From NCBI GenBank assembly GCA_032718475.1, contig JAUCBJ010008661.1, forward strand, positions 66,523-130,522: a stretch of DNA of 64,000 nucleotides. The letters run 5' to 3'. Positions 9,179-21,409 of the stretch are shown here, piece by piece. The notes under the pieces were generated by a model. That model did not search any database and was not told the origin of the DNA. It saw only the letters and a list, made by a program, of their open reading frames with translations. The position numbers and the translations under genes were made by a program. The stretch's first letter is position 1. Each line of letters begins with the position of its first letter. Origin of the DNA: Nemertoderma westbladi. Taxonomy: Eukaryota > Animalia > Xenacoelomorpha.

Positions 9179-11093
9179 TCAGTCTCTTTCCAGTAAACAT
9201 AAACGACCAACTGGGCGATTGAGTTGTTGTGTTTCGAACACAATTCCAGGTTTCTTAAAGTTACGTCGCATGATGACGAGTTCTACCGATCGCACCAAAC
9301 CATCATCTGAGATATGAGTCTCGATGATACGACCTGTCTGCCACCGCTTACGTGGAAGATCTGATTCCACAATAAGGACCATGTCTCCGGCGCTGACGTT
9401 TTCTTGCTGCGCAAACCACTTGGTTCAAAGTTGTAGCGTAGGCAGATAATGTTTTTCGAAATGGTCAGCGAAACGACGGGATAATAACTGCATAAGTTGC
9501 CAAGTTTGTCGGCAGTATTCGTCTCCGTCCGTGATTTCCGATCGTGGGAGCATGGCTACAGGTTTCTTCAGTAGGAAGTGCGCGGGTGTTAGCGCTTCCA
9601 GGGAGTCGTGACTCAATGAGACTGGCATAAGCGGTCTTTCGTTAAGATAGGCGGCGATTTCTTCCATTAACGTCCGCAAAAGTTCGTCGGTGAGATACGC
9701 GCGGCACGGCACTATAAAGTGAAATGCGGTCTTCACGCTTCTTATTAATCTCTCCCAACTTCCTCCCCACCAAGGGGCGTCGGCGGCGTTGAAGGTCCAG
9801 CTAGAAGCTGTTACCCTTAGCTGATCGTCCACCTGTCTTTGGTTCCAATCTTTGACGTAAGCCTTGATTTCATTGTTGGCGCCAATGAAGTTCGTTCCCT
9901 TATCAGATCTCATCGTGTTGCTAGTTCCAAAGCGAGCGATCTGTCGGCGTAGACTCAGTATAAAACTGTTGGTAGATAGATCGTTCACCATATCTAAATG
10001 GATCGCTCTACAAGTCATACAGACAAAGATGACACACCATCGCTTGACTATAGTCCTGGCACGATATACTTCAATAGGGCCAAATAAATCCACACTGGTA
10101 TTAGTAAAGGGTGGTTCATAGAAGCTTACTCGTTCCCTAGGTAATTCTGCCTCTCGCTGTGTTAAAGGCCTACTGAATGCTTTCCTACAGGGTATACAGT
10201 TCCTAAGAACTTGGTTCAGAGCTCTACGGGGTTTATGAAAATAATAGCGACTTCGAATTTCGCTAAGAACTCGTTCTCTACCAGCATGGTAAAGCTTACT
10301 GTGAACATCTACAATCATCTTGATTTGTATTTCAAGATTTCTAATGAGTATGGGAAACTTAGTGTCAAAGGATAATGGAGCATTAGTTAGTCTCCCTCCA
10401 ACGCGTATTAACCCATCTATCATTGTGCTAGAGAAACGATCCCTTAAGCGCATCTGTGGATTTCTCAACCACAGGAAATACTTATCGGAATCCTCATAGC
10501 ATTGCAGGAGTCTCAGTATCTGCTTATTGGTTTCTTCATGCTCCTGGTAACTGATCATCTCCTTCAGAAATCTGTCTGATATCTTGTATTTGGGAAGATC
10601 TTTAACAACATGGACCTGCGCAGATGTCAGTGGAGCGGTATCACTAGCGATCTTCATCCTGGAGTAGTGATGATGAAAACATCGCTTTAAATAAGCAACG
10701 GCCTTACAAAGCCGATTCCAGGAGCTATAGTGATGTATCGCTCTCTGCAGGAGAGGTGAGAGTCCTTGCGAGACGTCTGGTGTTCCAGATTTCCAATCTC
10801 TCTCCCTGATTTCCACAACAGACTTATTTGTGGCTGGGGATTTTGGATCCAAAGCGTCGTCTCCGGAAGTGTGTAGTACAGACAGATCTATCACGGGTTT
10901 AAATAACTTCGATTTACTCGCCCGGGTTTTAGGTTTGACTTTCTCCGCTCCCTTGGCTTGTCTAATCTCCGCCGTGGTAAGATGAGGAGGCCATTCATCT
11001 TCTTCCTTGCTTAGGAAGTCGGGTCCACCTAACCAGTCTGGAGTATCTATCAGTTCTTGTGGAGTTGCTCCCCTGGAGGCGATGTCGGCTGGA
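9179..11093 (-). pseudogene. BEL/Pao integrase region (HHCC zinc finger, DDE core, C-terminal domain) with a premature stop
   Basis: VHSKLYHAG...CIPC, VDLFGP, RSDKGTNF, GGSWERL, LNERPL, LTPAHFL. The C-terminal WQTGRIIETHISDDGLVRSVEL...RPVGRLCLL is separated by a stop at 9425-9427. Confidence 0.92.
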
Positions 11094-12577
11094 TTAATCG
11101 TCCCAGGGCAATGTCTCCATTGATCTATCTTCGTGCGACTGTGGAAGTATAATGGCTACTCTGTTGGTAACGAAGACGCTGAACTGACAGACTTCATTGG
11201 TTATATACTCCAACACGAGTAAAGCATCGGTCCAATAGACAGTTTTCTCCAGTGGATAGTCGATCTGTTCTGTTACATTCCGGCCGATGGCTGTAGCGTA
11301 TAGAGCCGCTTTTAACTCCGCTCGAGGAACTTTCAACTTGTTGTTTATCAAGGCCTTAGAGGTAACCAAGGCGACCTTAATTCCATCCGGAGTTTCAACC
11401 CTCAGGTAGGCTACTATACCTATTCCCATGTCGCTGGCGTCTCCAAACACATGGAGTTGATAGGAATACATAAGGAGAACGTGACCAAAATAAGAACGGG
11501 AAATCGTAAAATTCTCGATGGATGGTAGAGAATCTTCCCATTTCATCCACTTCTTTAATAGTTCTCCCTTAAGTGGATTGTCCCACGAGTGGTTTTCAAG
11601 CCACATTTGTTGTACTAGACTCCGAGCAATCAATATAACTGGGCTAATAAATCCCAATGGATCGAAATAAGTGCTCAGGATACTTAGACAAATCCGTTTA
11701 GTTCGAATTGGATTATCTCGCTGTTTTAGCTGGAAAAACAGGATATCTCTCTCCGTGTCCCATTTCAAACCAAGCGTCTTGGTTTCTGGAAGATCGTCCT
11801 TGATAAGGTCTAGATCTTTAACTCCTCGGTCTTCTACCGGGATCGATTCCAGAAATTCACGGGAGTTACTGGTGAATTTAGTTAATCGAAATCCACCTCT
11901 TTTCAAGCACTCTACCGTTCCCTTGGCGACATCAATGGCTTCTTCCACCGATGGGAGGGACTTTAAATTGTCGTCCATGTATATATCCCGTTTGATGTTG
12001 TCGATAACCTCTTTGGAGAAGGCGTCCCGGTGGTCATCAGCAGTGGTGCGCACTACTGAGCAGGCGTTTGAAGGGCTCGAGATGATCCCAAAAGCTTGGA
12101 TGGTCATCCAGTACTCCACCGGTTTCTGGTTGAGGTCTCCTTCAGGCCACCACAGAAATCGTAGGCTGCCCGATCCCTATCCAGCGCCTTAACTTGTAAG
12201 AACATGCCTTCTATATCGGAGGCGAAAGCGATCGAATATTGTCGTAATCTTAAGAGTATTCCCAACAAGGATTGGAGTAAGTTGGGTCCCGGCAACAACT
12301 CGGAGTTAAGGGATTGGCCCATGTAGAGGGCGGAGCCGTCAAATACTACCCGGACTTCGTTGGGTTTACCGGGTTTGGGAACGTAATGATGTGTTAAATA
12401 GTACGTTCTCTCAGTTATAGGTGTTTCTTCCGGTACTCGCTCCGCATATCCCTTGTCAATGAATTTCTTCAGCTGGGTCTTGTACATCTCCTTAGCTGAA
12501 GCATTTGCCGTAAGGTGTCGATGTAGTTGCGCAATTCTCTTCTCCGCCAAGGGTCGGTTGTTTATAAAATTGGGTTC
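11094..12577 (-). pseudogene. BEL/Pao reverse transcriptase and RNase H, frameshifted
   Basis: YYLTHH, VRVVFDGS, GPNLL, SDIEGMFLQV; then FGIISSP, YMDD, KTLGLKWD, FDPLGFISP; RNase H motifs LHVFGDASD, PRAELKAA and YWTDA. Frameshifts near 12150 and 11120. Confidence 0.93.
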
Positions 12578-14000
12578 TCACCGTCGGAAAGGCCGACCAA
12601 TCTCATACCTACCTTGATCTTTAAGAAAACGGGTAGTCGTTTCCTGTATCTGCTTGGCTCTTTCCTCTTCTACCGATAGGGCCTTATCGTAGGAATTGGG
12701 CTCTACAGCCTCTTGAGTAAAGAATCGTACGCCGTGTTCATCGCGAGTCTTCGCATTGTAACGATCTATCACTTCATTCAGTTCGTCGTTGTAATCGACT
12801 TGTCCCGCTGGATGGATGAGGTGACACAGGTTCACTTGGTTTTGCCAAGTTTCATTTTCCGTAAGGAGGTTGATGGTATTCTCCTCTTCGAATAGTTGAT
12901 GTATATCGTCATTATCTGAGGAGTATGGTGTTCCCTCAGGTGTGTCGTCTCCCTCACTGATTTCCTCTTCCCATTCACTCACCTGGTAGACCTGTTCTTT
13001 AGGTAGCCTTTCCATGAGAGTTCTACGGGAAGGTCCAGTAAAGTACCAACCTACTCTAGTTCTTCCCGCATAGGTTTGCAATGGTTGCGGTTGAGCAGGC
13101 CGTTTCTCTAATGTCTCAAGCGCCTCATGCGCATTTTGGCTGATGAGTATTTGTACCCCTGGGTAGTCGGTGTTGAATCTAGGTATCTCATGCTGCTGGG
13201 TGAAATCGTCTTCATCCCAGTTATAAGGTTCCACTTGGCTGGTAACGAAGTTCTTTATCGCCACCATTTTTACTGACCTTATACTGTGTTCTCCTAGTTC
13301 ATCCTGGGGGGTGGACAACGCGCCTACATAGTAGTCTGTAGCTACTGTAGATTTCCAAACCTGCATAATTCCTGAAAGGTTCAACTTAGTTCGGAACTTG
13401 GGTTGTCCAGCAAATATGTCTTCGGCTAGTTCTTTGTCGATGAATGTTCCTGTGCTGCCAGAGTCAAGGAGGGCGTTCACTTTATAGCTCCTTTTTAACC
13501 CATGGACTCTCAACTGCACTACGGGAAATTCTCGGATTCCTACGTTGGAAGTTGGCGCTTTCCAAGATGGTTGTCGGTCAGGAATAGTTAGGGGGAGCTC
13601 ACTATCGGTTTCAGTCTCATACGTAAGTGCTCGATACACTGCGGTGTTTATTAGATAACAGGATTCGTTTTCGTCGGAGAATTCATCCGTGTAGAATCCT
13701 TCCATCTCAGAACTGTGGTCAGTGTCGTTCACATCACTGAATTGGACATGTAGTTCGGACTCACTTACCTGACTCGGGCTGTTTCTTTCGAATTCGGTCT
13801 GCAATAAGATATGATGTTTCGCGCCGCACTTAGCACACCTTGCGTCGGAGTAACAGGTTCGCCGTTGGTGTCCTTGTCTGAGACAATTATAACACAACCG
13901 CTTCGCGTCTGTCTTTTAAGGATTTCTTTAAGAATTCCTCACACACACTTAAACGGTGGGGCCCGTCGCACAACGCACATTTTGGTTTGATGTTACTTAC
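12578..14000 (-). pseudogene. C-terminal gag zinc knuckles plus aspartic protease; gag N-terminus missing
   Basis: CALCDGPHRLSVC (~13980-13942), CYNCLRQGHQRRTC, CAKCGAKHHILL, and protease motif ALLDSGS. Only ~80 bp separate this region from the 5' LTR. Confidence 0.88.
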
Positions 14001-14077
14001 TTTACCTTGGGTAGTGTTGTGCACACTCGTTCACTTTATTGCCTACGTTGCAATAAAGAAACTAGAATAACTGTTAT

Positions 14078-15275
14078 TGTTCGCGCTTTTAGACCTTTAG
14101 CAGTTTAACCCGCTAATTTTAGGTGTCTTCTAGTTTATAAATCGACTTTAGCCTATAACAAGTATTCGTTGCATATAAGATATAAAGTTACATTAGCCGA
14201 AGCCAGCCTATGCGCGACCATTCACCCACAGTTAAGGGAGACTGGATTCGGAGGCTCTGACCTTATTGCGGTGTAGACTTACTGTACTATTCGATTGATC
14301 GTTAATATATAATCTCTGACAAATATTATTTACTTTCGGGAAATATTAACAGTTCCTTTAGGACGTGGCGCTCTAAGTATGTAAACAGAGTTATGACTTA
14401 CACTAAACACAACGGGATGGCTAATGATTTTCGTATAAAGCGTATTCTTTAGGAAATGCTTTGTTATCTGTCACACTCATGCACACTACCGCACACTGCT
14501 GCACACTGATCTGCCGACCTTCACTAAATTTGATCATATATAAGGAGAATAGCAACTGACACATGTAGGGATTATGAAATAGCATTCAATTCACTCCAAA
14601 ACCACTATAATGTAAGTCGCAGTTGCTACAGGTAACTGGTCCCTCTTACCTTCAGTATATCAAGAAGATTGGGGTTTTATGATTATTTATCGATATTCTC
14701 CAAATATAACAACATATCCATCAACTTATCACAATTAATAACCGACAGTAAATAGCAGTAAAATAATGCGGTGAAAGGTATGTATAGTATGATATGGGCT
14801 GCGCCGTGTGTGCTGAGCCGTGATAACAGTTATACGTTCCTATAATCAAAGCCGTCGAATGTTTGGCTAAAGTCTGAAACTAAGAATAATTCCAAAGCCG
14901 ATGTTCTGGGCTCAGGAAAAGGTAAACAAAGACCGTCATGCATTGCGCGATTTCCCGTAGGCTTCTGTGCAAATAAAATGAAAATCGCTCTGATTGGTCG
15001 AGTGAGCTGAACAAAGAGAGTTAAGAAAGCTCCACATCGACATCAAAATGAGCTGATAGATTTCGTCATCTAAGCCACACTGTATTAAGAGTATTTTGGC
15101 GTATTGCGGCATAAAATGGCTTGTTATGTCCGCTAAAGTACACATACAGAAAAATGGCTTTTTATGTCCGCTAAAACACCTACACAGTAAGAAAAACGGC
15201 TTTTTATGTCCGCTAAAACACCTACAGAGTACTTTGCGGGGAAAATGACTAGTTATATCCGCAAAAGCCTTTACA
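14078..15275 (-). repeat. 5' LTR of copy B (~1.2 kb)
   Basis: Minus strand starts TGTAAAGGCTTTTGCGG and ends ...GCGCGAACA. U3 part has about three ~46-bp tandem units (GGCTTTTTATGTCCGCTAAA...) and a CCAAT-like box (TGATTGG ~14991). Confidence 0.82.
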
Positions 15276-15301
15276 CTACCGGTAGGCGGGGTATAGCTAT
15301 T

Positions 15302-17138
15302 TTTATTTTTTTTTTTAAATATACACCCCAAGCGGGGTAAACTGGCTTTTTAATTAATCATTCAATATATAAAATAAATAAAACTGAGGCATTATTTGGT
15401 AGTCTATAAATTACTAAAACAATCACCGGTATATATAATAGAATCACTCAGAGGCTAATTGTGCAGCAGAAGGGGAGGTTGGACAGTTAATAATATGGAG
15501 GCGGTCTTGGCAGCACTCGCCACAGAATATGCAAATACACTGCGGTGATAGGTCGTGGAATGAAGTTTTGGTCGTACATAGTTTATGGTGGAACCCATGA
15601 CAGGTTGCTCGCGTAATTACGTGTCGGTTTCGCTGGCCCGGGGCTGTCCAGCCCATTGATGTGAACGCCGGCCCTCTCCGATATCCCTCAGACTCGAATT
15701 TTGCAATCCTTTCCCTTCGAAAGGCAAAATATTGGTCAAGAACATCAGGCTTGAAACTAGCTTTTGTGTTGTTTTTCAGTATGTCCTCTATCTGTGTTCC
15801 TTCTCCTATAATATTCAGTGCCAAGGTTGACGAAGCGGTTTTGTGAAGGCCGAGTAAACGTTTTGCATATGTAGCTTTGATTTTGTCCAACTCCTGTAAA
15901 TTATGTAGTTTTAGAAATCTGCTATAGGTAGGAAATGCGTATAGTACCATAGGTGAGATTTTGCCATTGTATATTTTCATTGCTGTAGAAACTGAAAGTA
16001 ATTGTAAATTCTTTAGGGATCCAATAATCTGGTAAGCGTTTTATTTTTTGGATTTAATGTGGTTTGTAAAGCATAGGCTCGATAGTATTGTTAATCCAAG
16101 GTATTCATATTCGTTTGCTAACAACACTGGGTTTCCGTTATAAGTGAACTTGTCAGTTTCCGATAGCCGACCGCCCTTTCTAAATTTAACTATTTTTGTT
16201 TTTTTCAGGTTAAGCTGCATTCCATTTGTTTGGCACCATTCGTATATAGCATCGAGAGATAGTTGAATTCCTTCTTTGCTCTTCGAATACACCACAAGGT
16301 CGTCAGCGAAAAAGATAAATTTAATCATGTGGTAGATATTTCTGAGGATATCAGCGAGATCGGCAACGTATAGTACAAAAGGCAGAGGAGATAAGCAGTC
16401 CCCCTGTAGGACGCCTCGGAGCTGGCGAATAACCTTGGACAGTTGGAGTCCGTCGTAGATCCGTATATAGTTATGAAGCAAGTCTTTTATGAGCTCGAAT
16501 GTCTTCCCTTTGATTCCTAGATTATGTATCTTGCACAGAAGTTTCGCACGGGAAAGCATGTCAAATGCCTTCCTAAAGTCAATAAAAAGTGCATAGATTA
16601 CCCGTTCTTTGCGCCTATTTGATTGCAATGCAGTGTATATGTCATCTAGAAATTTGGTGATCGCTTGTATAGTAGACTTTCCGGGTTGAAATCCAAACTG
16701 CTCGGGTGGAATGCCGTTTGAGAGAAATAATCGGATGCGTTTACTTAAAATCGATGTGAGTATCTTTAGACAAACGGATATTAGCGCTATTCCACGGTAA
16801 TTATCTGGGTCGGCAGTCGCACCTTTCCCCTTGTAGAGGATTTTGATAATGCTAACTCTCCACTTATCAGCAATCTTACCACTATTTAGGCAGACATTGT
16901 ATATAAGAGTGAGGTAGACAAGGATATAGGGTATTGCCTGCTTCAAGTGTTCGTAATAGACTCCATCATAACCTGCTGCCTTCTTTGTAGAGCTGTGATA
17001 AACCGACTCTATTACATCTTCACTATCTATTGGAGAGTTATACCATGCTTGTTCAAGCTTATCTTGTTCGGTTGTTTCAGGGATTTCTGGACAGTTTCCC
17101 GGAATGTTGTCTTCACCTAGTAGTGTGTTAAAATGTTT
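15302..17138 (-). mobile_element. 5'-truncated non-LTR retrotransposon (RT plus C-terminal Cys/His motif), with A-rich tail and 11-bp TSD
   Basis: NYRGIAL, QFGFQPGKST, FIDFRKAFD, GVLQGDCLSP, FADD, YEYLG; C-terminal CIFCGECCQDRLHIINC. One in-frame TAA at 16041-16043. T-run at 15300-15316. TSD GTATAGCTATT at 15291-15301 and 17139-17149. Confidence 0.92.
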
Positions 17139-17343
17139 GTATAGCTATTAATAACCAGTAGGGCCTAGCTATATTATTATAACATGGCTCCAAACGCCAC
17201 CATAAATATAAGCTAACTTTTATATAACATAATTTATGTCATTTTTACATTTATTTTCACAGCAACTAATTTAATTTGTGCAGTTTCTATCACTTATAAT
17301 ATATATACAATAATTTCGTAATGTTACAATTTTGGAATAAAAC

Positions 17344-17484
17344 TACATACGTACTTGTTGCAAAGTACTCTACAGTGTTCTGATCCTCGTGGCTTTATTT
17401 TCACTCACTCACTAACGTTCGTTCGTGTAACAAAGCCACTCGGATCATCACACTGTAAAGTGCTACTTTACACACAAGTATGTA
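17344..17484. repeat. Imperfect palindromic element (MITE-like hairpin)
   Basis: TACTTGT..AAAGTA..TACAGTGT..TGATCC..GTGGCTTT pairs with AAAGCCAC..GGATCA..ACACTGTA..TACTTT..ACAAGTA. Confidence 0.7.
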
Positions 17485-17611
17485 AATAGGTATTACCCAC
17501 GGTCTGCACTACATATTATACATACATACTGCACTGCACTTCAATGCAAATAAATGTATTACTAAAATGTATTACTGCGCTGTCAATCAACAAATCAACC
17601 AATCAATCATT

Positions 17612-17767
17612 CCCTATCCCCCACCCCCACCCCCCCTCCATCCCCCCACCTCCCTCACCCCCTATCCCCCAACCCCCACCCCCCACCACCCCATCCCCCA
17701 TCCTCCATCCCCCATCCGCCCCCCATTACCCCACCCCCTATCCCCCATCCCCCCACCTTCACCCCAC
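17612..17767. repeat. C-rich low-complexity tract (G-quadruplex-prone on the minus strand)
   Basis: Irregular CCCCA/CCCCT/CCCCAT units. Confidence 0.85.
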
Positions 17768-19519
17768 GATTGAGGTTAAACACTTACCCCTTTCGGCAGT
17801 CGGCACCAGTAAAATTATATCTCAGTACAGGCAAATTGAACGCAACGGGAACTCCATTGTCTCCATTCAGACAGTGTCTCGCTTCAATCTTATGTTAAGA
17901 GAAGCAGAAATGATCGTTGTGACTTATTTGACAACTGTCAGAACTTCCTTCGACTATTGGCGTAGAAATAAATAATAAATCTAAGATTTTGTGAGGCATT
18001 CATGCAGAACAATAGACATATATTAGTTTCTTTCAATGATTTTAATGAGCAGACAGATAAGCAAAGAAAATTATGACAGAACTTATATTCGGTTTGTTAA
18101 CACTATCTAGTGTGACACTTAGAAATCAACCAAGTGCGAACATAAATAGACACGAGTTTCTATTTATCGCCACTCTTCCGCATTCGTTATTTATTTAGTT
18201 GTAGACGAGTGTAGATTTCCTTGTGCAAATGATTACGAAGTGGTGGAAAATTATTAGAAAAACGTGTCCAACGGTCTAATTCTAGTCGATATGAATAAAT
18301 GTTATCAACCAAACAACACATTACATTTTTTACGTATTTGCAAATGTTATATTTTTTAAGAAGAAATCAATTATTTAGTTATATTTTTGTTAATAAATTG
18401 TGACAATAATTAAATAAATTATTTACTAAGCTGTTTTTTTTCTCACATTACAAGTTACGTAGTTGAACGCGGTTGTGAACGGTTATATAAGAGTACATTT
18501 TACAGGCACCTATTTTTCGACTCACAAAAAATTATAAAATTTCCACAAAAATTTATAAGAGTTTCACTAAAAATAATGATTTTCACTAAATATAAACGCT
18601 TATCACTAAAAGTAATCATTTATCTATAAAAAAAATCATTTTATTATTAAAAAAACTATATTTATCAATAAAACTAATCTTTTCTTCACTAAATGTAATA
18701 ATTATTAGCGAAAACAGGTTAAAACTTGTGGAAAATGAATAAATTTAGTGGAAAGTGATAAAGTTTAGTGAATGACTATATTTGGTGGATACAAAATTAG
18801 ACATAATTAAAACATAATTATGTTTAGTGGAAATCCAATTATAAATAAACACCATGTCCCGTAATATAGTGTCATTTTCTGATGACACGGACCCCCCCCC
18901 CCCCCCAGATTGTTCTACAAATCTTTATCATATTTCTTGAAATTTGAAACACCACTAGTTCCACTCACCGTCGATGACCCCATGAAGCCGGAATTTTCGA
19001 TATTGCCTCTAAATTTTTTTTATAAGCGTTTTAAAAAAGTGTCTTTTGCGAAATCGCACCCTCCGTATCGTGGACATTAGTCATAATTTTTTCATATCAT
19101 TAAAAAGCGTGCCTTGCAAGGATTCGAAATATGTAACAATATCTGAATTTCGTTGAGAAACAGCTGAGATATAGGCGTTCAAAGATTGCAAGAAGTATTG
19201 TTAGCTGAAGGCCACTTATTCTATTTAATAAATAAACGATGTTCTGTAACATTTTGTTTAAGTATGAATAGCTACGCAATAGATATATTGGATAGGAATA
19301 CCGCTGTTGCCAACCTATAAAATAAATAACACATTCTAGAATTTTGTGTATTTATTAAATAAAATAAATGGGTGGACAGCTAACGATAATATATGTATAA
19401 TATATTATATAATATATATAATATATATATATATACATATAACATGTCCATCCAAAGCCATTTCAGTATATTTACGTTTGGCTTTTAAGGGACACGATTA
19501 TATACAACATAGGCTTTAA

Positions 19520-21073
19520 CCCTATTAAACCCGGGGGGGGGTCAATATGACCCCTCCCGTGGTTTTTTTATTATAATTCTGAAACTAACGCAGTTGGGAA
19601 TCTGAAATTTTGTGACTTTTCCTAAAAATCTATTGTCTTCCTAGTAGTGAAAACCGTTTTCAAAAATATTGGGTACTTTTCGAGTTATAGCACCATTTTT
19701 TAACCCTACTTTTGGCACTTTTTTTGAGACGTTTTTTGAAAATTACATTTCATTAAATATTAATTGTAACATCTCTATTTTTGATTTACACCGGTTTTTT
19801 GGTGTTAGAAATTTGATGGAATTCATATAAATTGATTTAGAAATTTCAAACTTGTTTTTTTCGGTGGGTGCCAAATTTTGGTGCCAGCACCAAATTTTGA
19901 AATAAGTCAATTTTGTAAATTGATCGTTTGAAACTTGTTTTTTACGCAATTGGGGTTTTTTGGGTTTCTGGATTCGATGAAATATATACGAGTTGCACCA
20001 AGCGTATCAAAATTGTATTTTTCGGTGCTGTGTGCAAATTTTGGTGCTAGCACGAAATTTTGAAAATCTGTTCAATAGATAAAATTGCTTGTGACAATTT
20101 ATTTCTAGAGGTTTTAGAGGTTTATGGCTGTTCTGAATTCAATGGAAAATACAATTATCGAACTAGACATCTCAAACTTGTATTTTTCGGATGTGGGTGC
20201 AAAATGTGGTGCTAGCACCACATTTTGAAAACCATCAAATATATCAATTGATTGTGTCACCTTGTTTCTTGCGTTATACGGGTTTGTGATGGTTCTGAAT
20301 TCAATGGAATCAGTAAAAACTTCATAAGAGTTCTCAAACTTGTATTTTTCGCCGGTGGGTGAAAATTGTTGTGCCAGCACCAAATTTTGGAAAATATGCA
20401 AATTAATAAGTAGATAGTATCACCTTGTTTCTTGCGTTATACGGGTTTATGAGGGTCCTGAATCCGATGGAATCAATAAAAACAGCACTGGACATCGCAA
20501 ACTTGTACTTTTTGGTGATGGGTACGAAATTTGGTGCTAGCACCAAAATTTGCCAAATTACGCCGAAAAATACAAGTAGCAATGATCTGGCGTATTAGAA
20601 ATATATTCCATTAGAATCAGCGCCCTCGAAAACCTGAAAATGTGAATTTATAGCATCGTATAAGTGAATTAAAAATTTTGTGTTCTAACTGAAAAGTGCT
20701 GGTTACTTGTTTTTTTCATTTTTTTTCCTACGCAGAGAGGACTAAACAGCCATTTATAGTAATCATATCATTTTTTAATATTTTGCAATGTATTTTGCAC
20801 CCCAGAAAACCTGTATTGAAAAATAATTAGCCGAAAATGTAACTTTCAAATTTTGTGAAAATTGTGCACTACTTGTAATTTTGGTGCTGCAATATAACCA
20901 CCCCAGTACATTTTTTCGAAAATTTTTTTTTTCGGTCGGATCCAGACAAGTGATACCTACGCACAAACAAAAAATCAGCCGTTTTCGTAAATATTTGTAG
21001 ATTTTAGAGGGGGGGGTCAATATGACCCCCTCCCGGTATTTGTACAACATTTTATAGCCCGGTACTAATAGGG
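19520..21073. mobile_element. Non-autonomous piggyBac-like DNA transposon (TTAA TSD) with internal ~163-bp tandem repeats
   Basis: TTAA|CCCTATTA...TAATAGGG|TTAA (TSDs 19516-19519 and 21074-21077). Subterminal palindrome GGGGTCAATATGACCCC at both ends. Five diverged units with AAACTTGTATTTTTCG...TGGTGCTAGCACC at ~19848, 20010, 20175, 20337, 20500. Confidence 0.78.
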
Positions 21074-21409
21074 TTAAAGGGCCATTTTTGGCTTTTGAGG
21101 GACATGTCCTCTGGAAGCCATGGTGGCTCTTTGGGGGACACAGTAAGGATTGCATTTTGCGATACATGGCTCTTGGGGTACATATGTCCTAGCGAAGCCA
21201 CTTACAATGGAACCCATGTTTGGTTTGTATTGAATTGCTTATCATTTTCTTATTAAATTGTCTCTTGCTTGTTAATTAATAACGTTTTCAGTGTTATTTT
21301 GTTTTAATTAATATTCGTTTCAATTTTTTTTAATTTAATTTTAATTTAAAAACTTAGTTTTGGTCGAAGTTATTCAAAACTCTTTCACACATTTTAACTA
21401 CATACATAT

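Larger units (their letters stand above)
5562..15275 (-). mobile_element. BEL/Pao LTR retrotransposon (copy B), decayed, with deletions in gag and in the accessory region
   Basis: Domain order is Zn knuckles-PR-RT-RNase H-IN, with three gag knuckles typical of BEL/Pao. Matching LTR termini at 15275 and 5779. PPT at 5780-5787. Confidence 0.93.

Noticed and set aside
14040-14077. tRNA primer-binding site after the 5' LTR
   Set aside because: No TGG-initiated PBS is visible; it was probably removed with the gag deletion, so the inner LTR boundary is uncertain by a few bases.
14936-15331. 131-aa ORF with repeated LCRCFSGHKKPFF
   Set aside because: It is a translation of LTR tandem repeats and crosses the element boundary.
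17544-17975. Proline-rich extensin-like ORFs
   Set aside because: Produced by a C-rich low-complexity tract that reads as Pro in several frames.
18500-18840. Degenerate TTCACTAAA / TTTAGTG(G/A)A repeats as a foldback element
   Set aside because: The pattern is visible but too degenerate and AT-rich to define ends or a TSD.
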